Assembly (NCBI GenBank): GCA_965204495.1
Contig: OZ241989.1
Location: 2,342,605 to 2,406,604 of the forward strand
DNA length: 64,000 bases
Reading direction: 5' to 3'
Source of the DNA: Candidatus Hopanoidivoransaceae bacterium
GTDB taxonomy: Bacteria > Actinomycetota > Acidimicrobiia > Acidimicrobiales > Hopanoidiivorantaceae
Part shown: positions 56,618-64,000 of the stretch, one piece after another
Position numbering within the stretch: the stretch's first letter is position 1
Layout of the letters: each line of letters begins with the position of its first letter
Position numbers and translations under genes: made by a program
The notes under the pieces: generated by a model
Seen by the model: the letters and a program-made list of their open reading frames with translations, nothing else
Database searches by the model: none
Told to the model about the DNA's origin: nothing

Positions 56618-58003
56618 ATGCTGCAAATTTCCCGTGTGCGGATTGACGGCTCAGAGGCTGACGACATCGCTCCGCTCGGTTTGTTCGCAGCGGCGGCTGA
56701 TGCCGATTTTCGCTGTTTCTGGCATTCGCCTGAAGAAGAGCGCACGCTCGTGGGGGCAGGCGTTGCCGCCGAGTGGATCGGAAGCAGGGACTCTGAGCTT
56801 TTTCAGGATGCCGGAGCTTTCGTAAGCGAGTTGGATTTTCGGGGAGACACGCCGCTGCTGTTCGGAGGCTTTGCGTTTCGCTCTAAAATCTTTTCGGGCT
56901 GCGACAGCATCTGGGGCGATTTCCCTCTGGGAAGGCTGGTCTTGCCTGAGGTTTTGACGATTTTTCCATGGGACGCATCCGAGGGGCATGTGGAAGCTGT
57001 CTTGTGCGGTGCGGAAGCTGAGAACCTGCTGGACTCTTTGATTTCAAATGCTGCCAAACTCGCAGAGCGCAAATCTCCCCCTGAGCATTCTTATCCTCCC
57101 CGGCTTTCTTCTCCCCCCCGGCATTCTCCTGCCAACCCTGAACCAACAGCTGCTGCAACTTCTGCCGACTCTGAGACTGCCTATCGCAGGCTGCTGCGCG
57201 AGGCTGTGGAAGCTGTGAATTCGGCTGAACTTGAAAAAGTAGTGGTGGCCACGCAAGTCAAGCACAGTATCGCTTCTGCCCCCGAAGATGTGATTCATCG
57301 CCTGTGCGAAAGAGGCAGGAACAGCACGGTCTTCGCATTCAGTTCGGTCGCAGCGGATGATGCCTCTTTCGGCGATACATCTAGCAACAATGCCCCACGC
57401 GGCAATCCCTCTGGCAGAAAAACACTGCAAAGCGTCTTCGCAGGGGCTTCGCCAGAACTGCTGGCGGCAAAATCAGGCGACTGCTTCACAAGCATGGCAT
57501 TGGCTGGATCAAAACCTTTGGATGAAGCTGATTTGCTGCTCAGCGACGAGAAAGAGCTAGCCGAGCATCAATTCGTGGTTGACCATCTGCGGAATCGCTT
57601 GGAGAAGGCTGGCGCAGAACTCGCTCCGACCGACCCTGCTGAAATTCTGCGTCTCGCCAACATCGCTCACCTCTCCAGCCGTGTTTCAGGCATCACCTCA
57701 GGCGGAATTCTCAAACTCGTGGAAAACTTACATCCCTCCCCCGCCGTTGCCGGCGTGCCGACCGATGCCGCCCTGGAATTCCTGAGCCAGAACGAACAGT
57801 TCGACAGAGGCTGGTACGCAGGGCCTGTGGGATGGCTCACCCCAGACGGCGACGGCAGATTTTATGTGGCTCTCAGAAGCGTTTTACTCAGCCCCGACGA
57901 AAGCCATCTGTTCGCAGGATCGGGCATAGTAGAAGGTTCGCTCCCCGAAAAAGAAGAACAAGAAACTCAGCTGAAGCTGCAAACTGCTATGAAAGCTCTT
58001 TAG
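56618..58003 (+). CDS. menF: Isochorismate synthase
   Basis: 461 aa. Chorismate-binding C-terminus: LHPSPAVAGVPTDAALEFL...FDRGWYAGPVGWL.PDGDGRFYVALRS...LFAGSGIVEGSLPEKEEQET. First gene of the menFDHC run. Confidence 0.85.
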   Translation: MLQISRVRIDGSEADDIAPLGLFAAAADADFRCFWHSPEEERTLVGAGVAAEWIGSRDSELFQDAGAFVSELDFRGDTPLLFGGFAFRSKIFSGCDSIWGDFPLGRLVLPEVLTIFPWDASEGHVEAVLCGAEAENLLDSLISNAAKLAERKSPPEHSYPPRLSSPPRHSPANPEPTAAATSADSETAYRRLLREAVEAVNSAELEKVVVATQVKHSIASAPEDVIHRLCERGRNSTVFAFSSVAADDASFGDTSSNNAPRGNPSGRKTLQSVFAGASPELLAAKSGDCFTSMALAGSKPLDEADLLLSDEKELAEHQFVVDHLRNRLEKAGAELAPTDPAEILRLANIAHLSSRVSGITSGGILKLVENLHPSPAVAGVPTDAALEFLSQNEQFDRGWYAGPVGWLTPDGDGRFYVALRSVLLSPDESHLFAGSGIVEGSLPEKEEQETQLKLQTAMKAL

Positions 58004-58005
58004 CG

Positions 58006-60105
58006 ATGGAACAAGCTGTTCTGCAATACGAATTCGCCGAGGCGTTTTTCGCTGAGCTGGCAGAGCATGTCGACTCTGTGGTTGTCTCGCCGGGTTCTCG
58101 CTCCACGCCTTTGGTGCTGAGCGCTGTCGGATATCCCGTGTTCGCCAAAGCCGCTGGAGAGCAGACATCTGCTTCCCGTTTGAAGCCGGTCGTGGTTCTA
58201 GACGAGCGCAGCGCGGGTTTCGTGGCATTGGGGCTCGCCAAAGCGTCTCGCCGGCCTGTGGCCCTTGTCTGCACTTCGGGCACGGCTGCGACCAACTATC
58301 TGCCCGCAGTCGTGGAGGCGTATCACTCCCGCTTGCCGCTGGTGGTCATCACGGCAGACCGCCCCGCCTCGTATCACGACTGGGGATCGCCTCAGACCAT
58401 CTTCCAAAACGGTCTCTATGCCAAGCATGTGAGGTGGGACACAGAAGTGGCTGTGCCCCGCCACAATCCCGCTGGCGGAGGACGTCTCACTGCTCTGCGC
58501 GCCATTCAGAATGCTTGCGGCCCGCCCGGCGGCCCAGTGCACATCAACTGGCCTTTGGAAAAGCCGCTGGAGCCGCCTGTCTCTGGTGCGTCAGACGCAG
58601 ATACTTCAAATCCCGTGTCGCTTGACGCTGAACCATTTGGCACAGAGCTGAACGCTGGATCGCCGAGCAGTGTGCCGTCCGAAACGGGTAGCAGCAATTC
58701 AGCAGAGGCAGACGAATTTGCGATCTCGGAAGGGGTGGCAGCTTCGGGAATCGGGCACCTACCTGAAAACCTCCCCTGGCGGCGTGGCAACCTGCGACAT
58801 CAAGAGGTGGCAGCTTCGGGAATCGGGCACCTACCTGAAAACCCAAGAGCCAGCATCAACCCTGAGCTGCTGCCTCCTGCTTATACAAAAGGGCTTGTAG
58901 TCGTAGGGCATGGCAATCTGAGTGCCTCGGAAGCCGAAGCTGTGGCGAGGTTTTCTGAAGCTGCGGGGTGGCCTATCGCTGCTGAGGCATCTTCTGGGAT
59001 GAGATTCGGAGAGTGGAATTCAAATGTTCTTTCGTGCGCTCATTTCTTGTTTTCCAATCCTTCTGCGGTGCCTCAGCCTGATGTGGCCATTCGTGTCGGC
59101 GGGCACCACATAGACAGATCGCTGCCCCGATTTTTGGACTCTGATTTTCCGCAGCACAGAGTTGTCGTGGCCCCGCCGGGCTGCTGGGATGATCCTGCCT
59201 TCTTAGCCACCGAATTCATCCACGGCGACATAGCTGCCATCTTCAACCGGGCTGCAGAGTCTATACCTGAAGGTGCTCCCGACCATTCGTGGATAGCTTG
59301 CTGGCGAGACGCTGACGACGCGGCTGCAAAAGCATTGGCTGAAGTTCTTGAAACCCCCGAAGCACCCCGCAACTCCCCCAGTTCTGACCGACCAGCTGAA
59401 TCCTCCGAATCTGCCTCTTCATCCGACAATGCCTCTCCATCCGCCTCCGAGAATCTCACCGAAGCCAAAGCCGTGCACATTCTCTGCGATTTTCTGGGGA
59501 ACGAAACTCAAGACATCCTTTACGCCAGCAGCAGCCTGCCAATTCGCCATCTGGAGTTCTTTGCCGCTCCTGCCAACAAGCCTTTGCGAGTGCTTGCCAA
59601 CCGGGGCGCGAACGGCATAGACGGAGTCATCTCCAGCGCGTGCGGGGCAGCCTCCGAAAACTCATCTCCCACGACAGTTCTGCTCGGAGATCTGGCTCTG
59701 CTCCACGACATAGGAGGTCTGCTCACGGCTATTCAACTAGGCGTCTCTTTGCGATTAGTGGTGCTAAACAACAACGGCGGGGCCATCTTCTCGCAGCTGC
59801 CGATAGCAGATGCTGTGGATGCCGACACCTTCAAAAAATTCTTTCAAACTCCCCATAATTTGGATCTGTCGTTTGTGAGGGATTTCCCCGGCGTGCGTCA
59901 TACCCGCGTTTCTACTGCCGATGAACTGATGAGCGCACTGCTTGAAACAAATGGAAAAGTCGGTGACACATCTGACATCTCGGATGGAGAACCTGAGAGA
60001 CAGTGCGAAATAGCAGTCATTGAAATCCAGACCGAAGCATCCGAACACGCTTCGGTGATGAACCGCTGCTACGAAGCTGTCGCGGCGGCCTTGGGCGCGC
60101 TATGA
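58006..60105 (+). CDS. menD: SEPHCHC synthase (2-succinyl-5-enolpyruvyl-6-hydroxy-3-cyclohexene-1-carboxylate synthase)
   Basis: The ORF track starts at 57832, inside menF. ATG 58006 lies 2 nt after the menF stop. ThDP-enzyme motifs: VVVSPGSRSTPL, CTSGTAATNYLPAVVEAYHSRLPLVVITADRP, GANGIDGVISSA, LGDLALLHD..GL. An atypical ~100-aa insertion carries a 38-nt direct repeat. Confidence 0.9.
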   Translation: MEQAVLQYEFAEAFFAELAEHVDSVVVSPGSRSTPLVLSAVGYPVFAKAAGEQTSASRLKPVVVLDERSAGFVALGLAKASRRPVALVCTSGTAATNYLPAVVEAYHSRLPLVVITADRPASYHDWGSPQTIFQNGLYAKHVRWDTEVAVPRHNPAGGGRLTALRAIQNACGPPGGPVHINWPLEKPLEPPVSGASDADTSNPVSLDAEPFGTELNAGSPSSVPSETGSSNSAEADEFAISEGVAASGIGHLPENLPWRRGNLRHQEVAASGIGHLPENPRASINPELLPPAYTKGLVVVGHGNLSASEAEAVARFSEAAGWPIAAEASSGMRFGEWNSNVLSCAHFLFSNPSAVPQPDVAIRVGGHHIDRSLPRFLDSDFPQHRVVVAPPGCWDDPAFLATEFIHGDIAAIFNRAAESIPEGAPDHSWIACWRDADDAAAKALAEVLETPEAPRNSPSSDRPAESSESASSSDNASPSASENLTEAKAVHILCDFLGNETQDILYASSSLPIRHLEFFAAPANKPLRVLANRGANGIDGVISSACGAASENSSPTTVLLGDLALLHDIGGLLTAIQLGVSLRLVVLNNNGGAIFSQLPIADAVDADTFKKFFQTPHNLDLSFVRDFPGVRHTRVSTADELMSALLETNGKVGDTSDISDGEPERQCEIAVIEIQTEASEHASVMNRCYEAVAAALGAL

Positions 60106-60173
60106 CATCTCTAAACAGGTCTTGACGCCGCCAAGCAAGCCATGACAGATCTAAACGCTATGACAAGCGCGCC

Positions 60174-60998
60174 ATGACGAAAACACCCGACCCTGTAGTG
60201 CTGCTTCACGGCTTCACAGGCTCAGCCGAGGCAATGAACAGATTGAGCGAAGGGCTGCGCGAAAAATTAAGCGAGGGCTTGAGCGATGGTTCGGACGAGG
60301 GGTTGATCGAAACTCTTCGCGTATTCGCCGTAGATCTCCCTGGTCACGGCAACGCCGCTACGCCGCACGCGATAGAACACTTTTCTATGGAAGCCACCGT
60401 GTCTTGCCTTTGGGATTCCTTGGATACTCTCGGCGTGGAGCGAGCCAGCTTGGTCGGCTATTCAATGGGCGGGCGTGTGGCATTGAGCGCAGCGGTGGCT
60501 TGCCTCGAGAGAGTCGCGAAGGTGGTCTGCATCGGAGCATCGCCAGGGATAGCCGACCCGATTGAACGAAACAAACGCAAGCTGGCAGACGAAGCTCTGG
60601 CAGATAGCATTCTCGCGGACGGCGTGGAACAATTCGTGGATTCGTGGCTGGCGCAGCCTCTTTTCGCGTCCCTAGCCGAGCGTCTCTCTCCAGCCGATTT
60701 TAAAACCACTCGCGAGCAGCGTCTGGCGAACTCTCCCGAAGGCTTGACGCTTTCGCTTCGCGGCATCGGCACAGGCACAATGGAGCCTCTGCACGAAGCA
60801 CTGGCAAATATGGATTTCCCGTGTCTTTGGATCGCAGGAGCAGAAGATGCCAAATTCGCTGCCATCGCCGAAGAGATGTCCAAAGCGATGCCCAATGGCA
60901 GCCACACTCTGATACCGGATGCCGGACACAGCGCGCACCTTGAAAACCCTGCTGCCACGCTGATGGCCATCGCCAGTTTTCTCGCCGAGCAGGATTGA
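60174..60998 (+). CDS. menH: SHCHC synthase-type alpha/beta hydrolase
   Basis: 274 aa. VVLLHGFTGSAE, nucleophile elbow GYSMGGRVAL, C-terminal DAGHSAHLENP. The position between menD and menC supports the call. Confidence 0.7.
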   Translation: MTKTPDPVVLLHGFTGSAEAMNRLSEGLREKLSEGLSDGSDEGLIETLRVFAVDLPGHGNAATPHAIEHFSMEATVSCLWDSLDTLGVERASLVGYSMGGRVALSAAVACLERVAKVVCIGASPGIADPIERNKRKLADEALADSILADGVEQFVDSWLAQPLFASLAERLSPADFKTTREQRLANSPEGLTLSLRGIGTGTMEPLHEALANMDFPCLWIAGAEDAKFAAIAEEMSKAMPNGSHTLIPDAGHSAHLENPAATLMAIASFLAEQD

Positions 60999-61002
60999 GT
61001 GC

Positions 61003-62091
61003 TTGCTACCGCTTCTGGAGATAGACAATGACATGAAAGATACTGACTGCCTCAAATATCGCTTTGCTGTTCTTTCCCGCCAAGGCATACTCATCCGTCT
61101 CCGTTCATCCGATGGCTTTGAGGGTTGGGGGCAGGCTATGCCGCACAACGGCATCCTCACCGGTGCCAATGAAGCTGAAGTCGCCGAAGTAGCTTTGGAT
61201 GCCGCCCGCTGTGATCTGGCTTCGCAGCAGGCAGACATGCCCCTCTGCGATTGGCTCAGGCGTGAGAGCGGCAATAATCTCCTTGTCGGTGCCGGAGATG
61301 CTTCCAATGCCAACGATGCTTCAGATATTGCCGATGCCACAAAGGTTCTGAACGCAGCAACCGCATTCCAAACTTCGCCCAAATCCATCCCGATAAACGC
61401 TCTAATATTCGGAGCAACCCCAGAAGAAGTCGCCGAGGCTGGCAACTTAGCAGCTAGCTCAAGGTTCCCTGCCGTCAAGCTCAAAGTCGGCGGAGGCGAA
61501 TTGGAAGGCGATATCGCCCGTGTGAGAGCTCTGCGAGAAGCAGTCGGCAGCAAAATCGCAATCCGCCTGGATGCCAATGGGGCGTGGCAGCCGCAGGAGG
61601 CATTGCAAGCTCTCCGCAGTCTTGCCTCATTTGACATTGAATACATAGAAGAACCAACAGCCGGGCTAGCCGCCATAGCAGAACTAACCAGCCAATCCCC
61701 TATCGCTGTGGCAGCAGACGAGAGCATAAAATCCGTGTCTGACCTGTCAAAATTGCCCCAACTCGGAATCCTCGTTGCCGTCGTAAAGCCGGCTGTGCTA
61801 GGAAACTTGAAACACTTGCTAGCCACCTGCCGACAACTCGTCTCAGAGGGCGTCAAAGTAACAGTCTCGTCCGCCCTAGACAGCTCAATCGGCATAGCCT
61901 GCGCCACCCACTTCGCCGCCGCATTGAACCTCGCCGACGCCCCCTGCGGATTAGCCACTGCCACACACCTCACCCAAGACCTCGCTCCTCCCCTGCTAAT
62001 TGCCAACGGGCGCATCCTCCTCCCCCACTCCCCAGGGCTTGGCATGACACCCACGCCAGAAGCTCTCAAAAATCTGCGCGCTGAAAGCTGA
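61003..62091 (+). CDS. menC: o-succinylbenzoate synthase (enolase superfamily)
   Basis: ORF from TTG 61003; ATG 61033 is an alternative start. AVKLKVGGG, IRLDANGAW, IEYIEEP and VAADES are enolase-superfamily metal/base positions. men-cluster context. Confidence 0.75.
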   Translation: MLPLLEIDNDMKDTDCLKYRFAVLSRQGILIRLRSSDGFEGWGQAMPHNGILTGANEAEVAEVALDAARCDLASQQADMPLCDWLRRESGNNLLVGAGDASNANDASDIADATKVLNAATAFQTSPKSIPINALIFGATPEEVAEAGNLAASSRFPAVKLKVGGGELEGDIARVRALREAVGSKIAIRLDANGAWQPQEALQALRSLASFDIEYIEEPTAGLAAIAELTSQSPIAVAADESIKSVSDLSKLPQLGILVAVVKPAVLGNLKHLLATCRQLVSEGVKVTVSSALDSSIGIACATHFAAALNLADAPCGLATATHLTQDLAPPLLIANGRILLPHSPGLGMTPTPEALKNLRAES

Positions 62092-62218
62092 AATAGCAAC
62101 AAAGTTCACAATTTATCACTATAATATATCTGAAAACCGAGAGGTCGTCGGTAGGAGATAGCTTTTGGCCTGCTAGCCATCACAAGCTCCGGCGACTTGA
62201 AAACAGAAAGGCAAGACC

Positions 62219-63988
62219 ATGAGAACTGTTGCTCACCAAAGAAACCTGCTAGTTGCGACCTTGACCACAGTGGCTCTATTGACTTCCGCTTTAGCGGCTT
62301 TGTCCCCAGCTTCACCGGCTCAGGGCCAAGGTGGTTTTATAATTTCTTGGCCTCTTACCGCCTTGGACATCGCTGGCTGCACCGACGGCACTTTCGTTCA
62401 TTCTGACTACACAAGAATCAATGGCTCAAACAACGATATATTTGACGACTGCGAGACCCTAGTTACCATGCAAAGAGCACTAGCTGCGCAGACATCCAAC
62501 AATTCCCTTGCTCACGACAATCCTCTTCGCCTTTGGGGAACGGCGACCCAACAAAAACTAACCCTGCCCAGTATTCTTTTCGGCGCAGGGATCTCGGGGT
62601 CGGCCTGGGGTGGTGTGACCGTCGGTCAAAGTGGCACCACTGCCAGGATTACCGGCCTCACGCTTTCAGGCATACAAAGCACTGCCATTCCATCACAGCT
62701 TGGCAACCTCACTGCCCTCACTACGCTAACGATAAGCGACTCTGAGATCACCAGCCTCCCAACACAAATCGGAAGCCTCACCGGCCTCACAAGGCTAGAC
62801 CTCAGCGAGAACAGACTCACCACCCTCCCAACACAAATCGGAAGCCTCACCGGCCTCACAAGGCTAGACCTCAGCGAGAACAGACTCACCAGCCTCCCAA
62901 CACAAATCGGAAGCCTCACCAACCTCACAAATCTCTTTCTCAGCGACAACAGCCTCACTAGCCTGCCAGCACAAATCGGAAGCCTCACCAACCTCCAACA
63001 ACTCTTACTCAGCAACAATAGCCTCACCACCCTGCCGACACAAATCGGAAGCCTCACCAACCTCGTGCAGCTCTGGCTCAACGGCAACAGCTTCACCACC
63101 CTGCCAGCACAAATCCTAAGCCTCGCAGGCCTCCGTGTTCTCCACAGCCAGAGCAATAGTCTCACCAGTCTGCCCGCAGAACTCGGCCAACTGGCAAGCC
63201 TTGATTACTTGGATATCTCTGATAACCAGTTGACTGAGTTTACGCCGCTGACTGAATTGCTGTCTGAAAACGGCGGCAGCTTGGATTGGCTCGAATTGTG
63301 CTCAAACAGCTTCAGCGGCACAATTCCGAAAGCTCTGTTCGAAGCCAAGGACGACTCTGATAATTATGTGCTGAAAGACCGCCCCCCAGACCACTGCTGG
63401 ACTCTTTCGCATGAAACTTCCTGGGATGTAGTCTCTGTCACCAGCACAATAGGTTCTCCTGGCGAGTTGGCTGGCAACCTAGGGCTGTCTCCCGACATCG
63501 GCTTATACAGATGGGACGCGGTTCATCAACTTTGGATAGACATAGACCTTGCTTCCTCGCTCGCCGAAGGCGAAGCAATCGCATATCGGGGACGCGGACT
63601 AGTAGCCGAAGACGATCTGACAGCTCAAAACCTTGGCATAGCCGATGAGAATGTGACAGTGACTCTGAATAGAGGCTGGAATATTCTCAAACCGCCTGAG
63701 GTCGCGGGCGGAACGCCCTCTGGCAGCCGCCTATCCGTGTTTGACGACAGCCTGCTCGACTGCTCGTCAATTAGCGGCAACATCATCACTGCTGCCCTTG
63801 ATGTAGACAGCCTCACCTGGAAATTCAGCCTGCCCTGCCATCCGAGCGTCCAAAGACGACTTTTAGCCAGCCCAAGAATAAGTGCCCTTACCGACATCAC
63901 AGAAAATGATGTCCTCTACACCTATTTCATCTCCGCACTGCCTATCAGTGTCACATGGAACACGACCATCAACAAATATCAACCATAA
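62219..63988 (+). CDS. Secreted leucine-rich-repeat protein
   Basis: 589 aa. Signal peptide (..LLVATLTTVALLTSALAALSPASPAQG), about eight 23-aa LRRs (LPTQIGSLT.LT.L.LS.N.LT.), and a C-terminal domain of unknown function. Confidence 0.85.
   Translation: MRTVAHQRNLLVATLTTVALLTSALAALSPASPAQGQGGFIISWPLTALDIAGCTDGTFVHSDYTRINGSNNDIFDDCETLVTMQRALAAQTSNNSLAHDNPLRLWGTATQQKLTLPSILFGAGISGSAWGGVTVGQSGTTARITGLTLSGIQSTAIPSQLGNLTALTTLTISDSEITSLPTQIGSLTGLTRLDLSENRLTTLPTQIGSLTGLTRLDLSENRLTSLPTQIGSLTNLTNLFLSDNSLTSLPAQIGSLTNLQQLLLSNNSLTTLPTQIGSLTNLVQLWLNGNSFTTLPAQILSLAGLRVLHSQSNSLTSLPAELGQLASLDYLDISDNQLTEFTPLTELLSENGGSLDWLELCSNSFSGTIPKALFEAKDDSDNYVLKDRPPDHCWTLSHETSWDVVSVTSTIGSPGELAGNLGLSPDIGLYRWDAVHQLWIDIDLASSLAEGEAIAYRGRGLVAEDDLTAQNLGIADENVTVTLNRGWNILKPPEVAGGTPSGSRLSVFDDSLLDCSSISGNIITAALDVDSLTWKFSLPCHPSVQRRLLASPRISALTDITENDVLYTYFISALPISVTWNTTINKYQP
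62756..63170 (+). repeat. 69-bp tandem repeats encoding the LRR units
   Basis: ctcccaacacaaatcggaagcctcacc... recurs at 62756, 62825 and 62894 (period 69 nt). The first two units are identical at the DNA level; later units diverge progressively. Confidence 0.85.
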
Positions 63989-64000
63989 AGCTATGGCCTG

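Noticed and set aside
57832-58005. Upstream extension of menD overlapping menF by 172 nt
   Set aside because: The extension is Arg-rich nonsense (MAHPRRRRQILCGSQKRFTQPRRK..). ATG 58006 lies 2 nt after the menF stop, and the conserved MenD N-terminus starts there.
60672-62102. 476-aa ORF antisense to menH/menC
   Set aside because: Opposite-strand shadow of two genes with clear family motifs and men-operon context. The product is low-complexity Ala/Ser/Arg-rich.

Overview
This is 64 kb of a moderately GC-rich bacterial chromosome. I found no rRNA, tRNA or CRISPR array. The taxon cannot be fixed from the window. The gene content (H+-PPase, LLM oxidoreductase, Amidohydro_2-like enzyme, menFDHC) would fit a Chloroflexota- or Actinomycetota-like heterotroph, but that is only a guess.

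Housekeeping blocks: gltB-gltD (1-6361); trkH-trkH-trkA plus 5-formyl-THF cyclo-ligase (22.1-27.4 kb); hppA; NfeD/SPFH; a 3-hydroxyacyl-CoA dehydrogenase; rpsA; polA; an amidohydrolase; an LLM oxidoreductase; menF-menD-menH-menC; and an LRR protein.

Two hypervariable accessory regions interrupt these blocks.

(1) 6.5-22.1 kb, directly downstream of trkH. It holds four paralogous Cys-rich secreted proteins with a prepilin-like N-terminus, each with a conserved promoter/SD block and a poly-C tract in the leader. Between paralogs 3 and 4 sits a ~10.6 kb mosaic of small toxin-antitoxin-like or defence-like cassettes: an NTase-fold pair, DUF2442/DUF4160 pairs, an AlbA_2 protein, a PLD-like protein and a DUF433 fusion. 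The cassette junctions are built from recycled gene termini: at least 8 same-orientation copies of the trkH 3' end, 5' remnants of the pilin-like genes, and both ends of the AlbA_2 gene. The mosaic also contains a ~930 bp near-identical direct repeat. No recombinase is visible in the window.

(2) 34.8-49.0 kb. This is an array of eight HEPN/MNT-like modules, several of them decayed or chimeric, with conserved linkers. A Type III R-M operon occupies one cassette slot and has a C10 tract at codons 5-8 of mod and an AT-rich TRD. An AT-rich islet truncates the last HEPN gene and carries a DUF433 fusion, a small ORF and a PD-(D/E)XK-like nuclease.

The most interesting signal is the recurring architecture in both regions: cargo genes are exchanged at conserved gene-end or linker sequences, producing 5'-module fusions, without any visible integrase.
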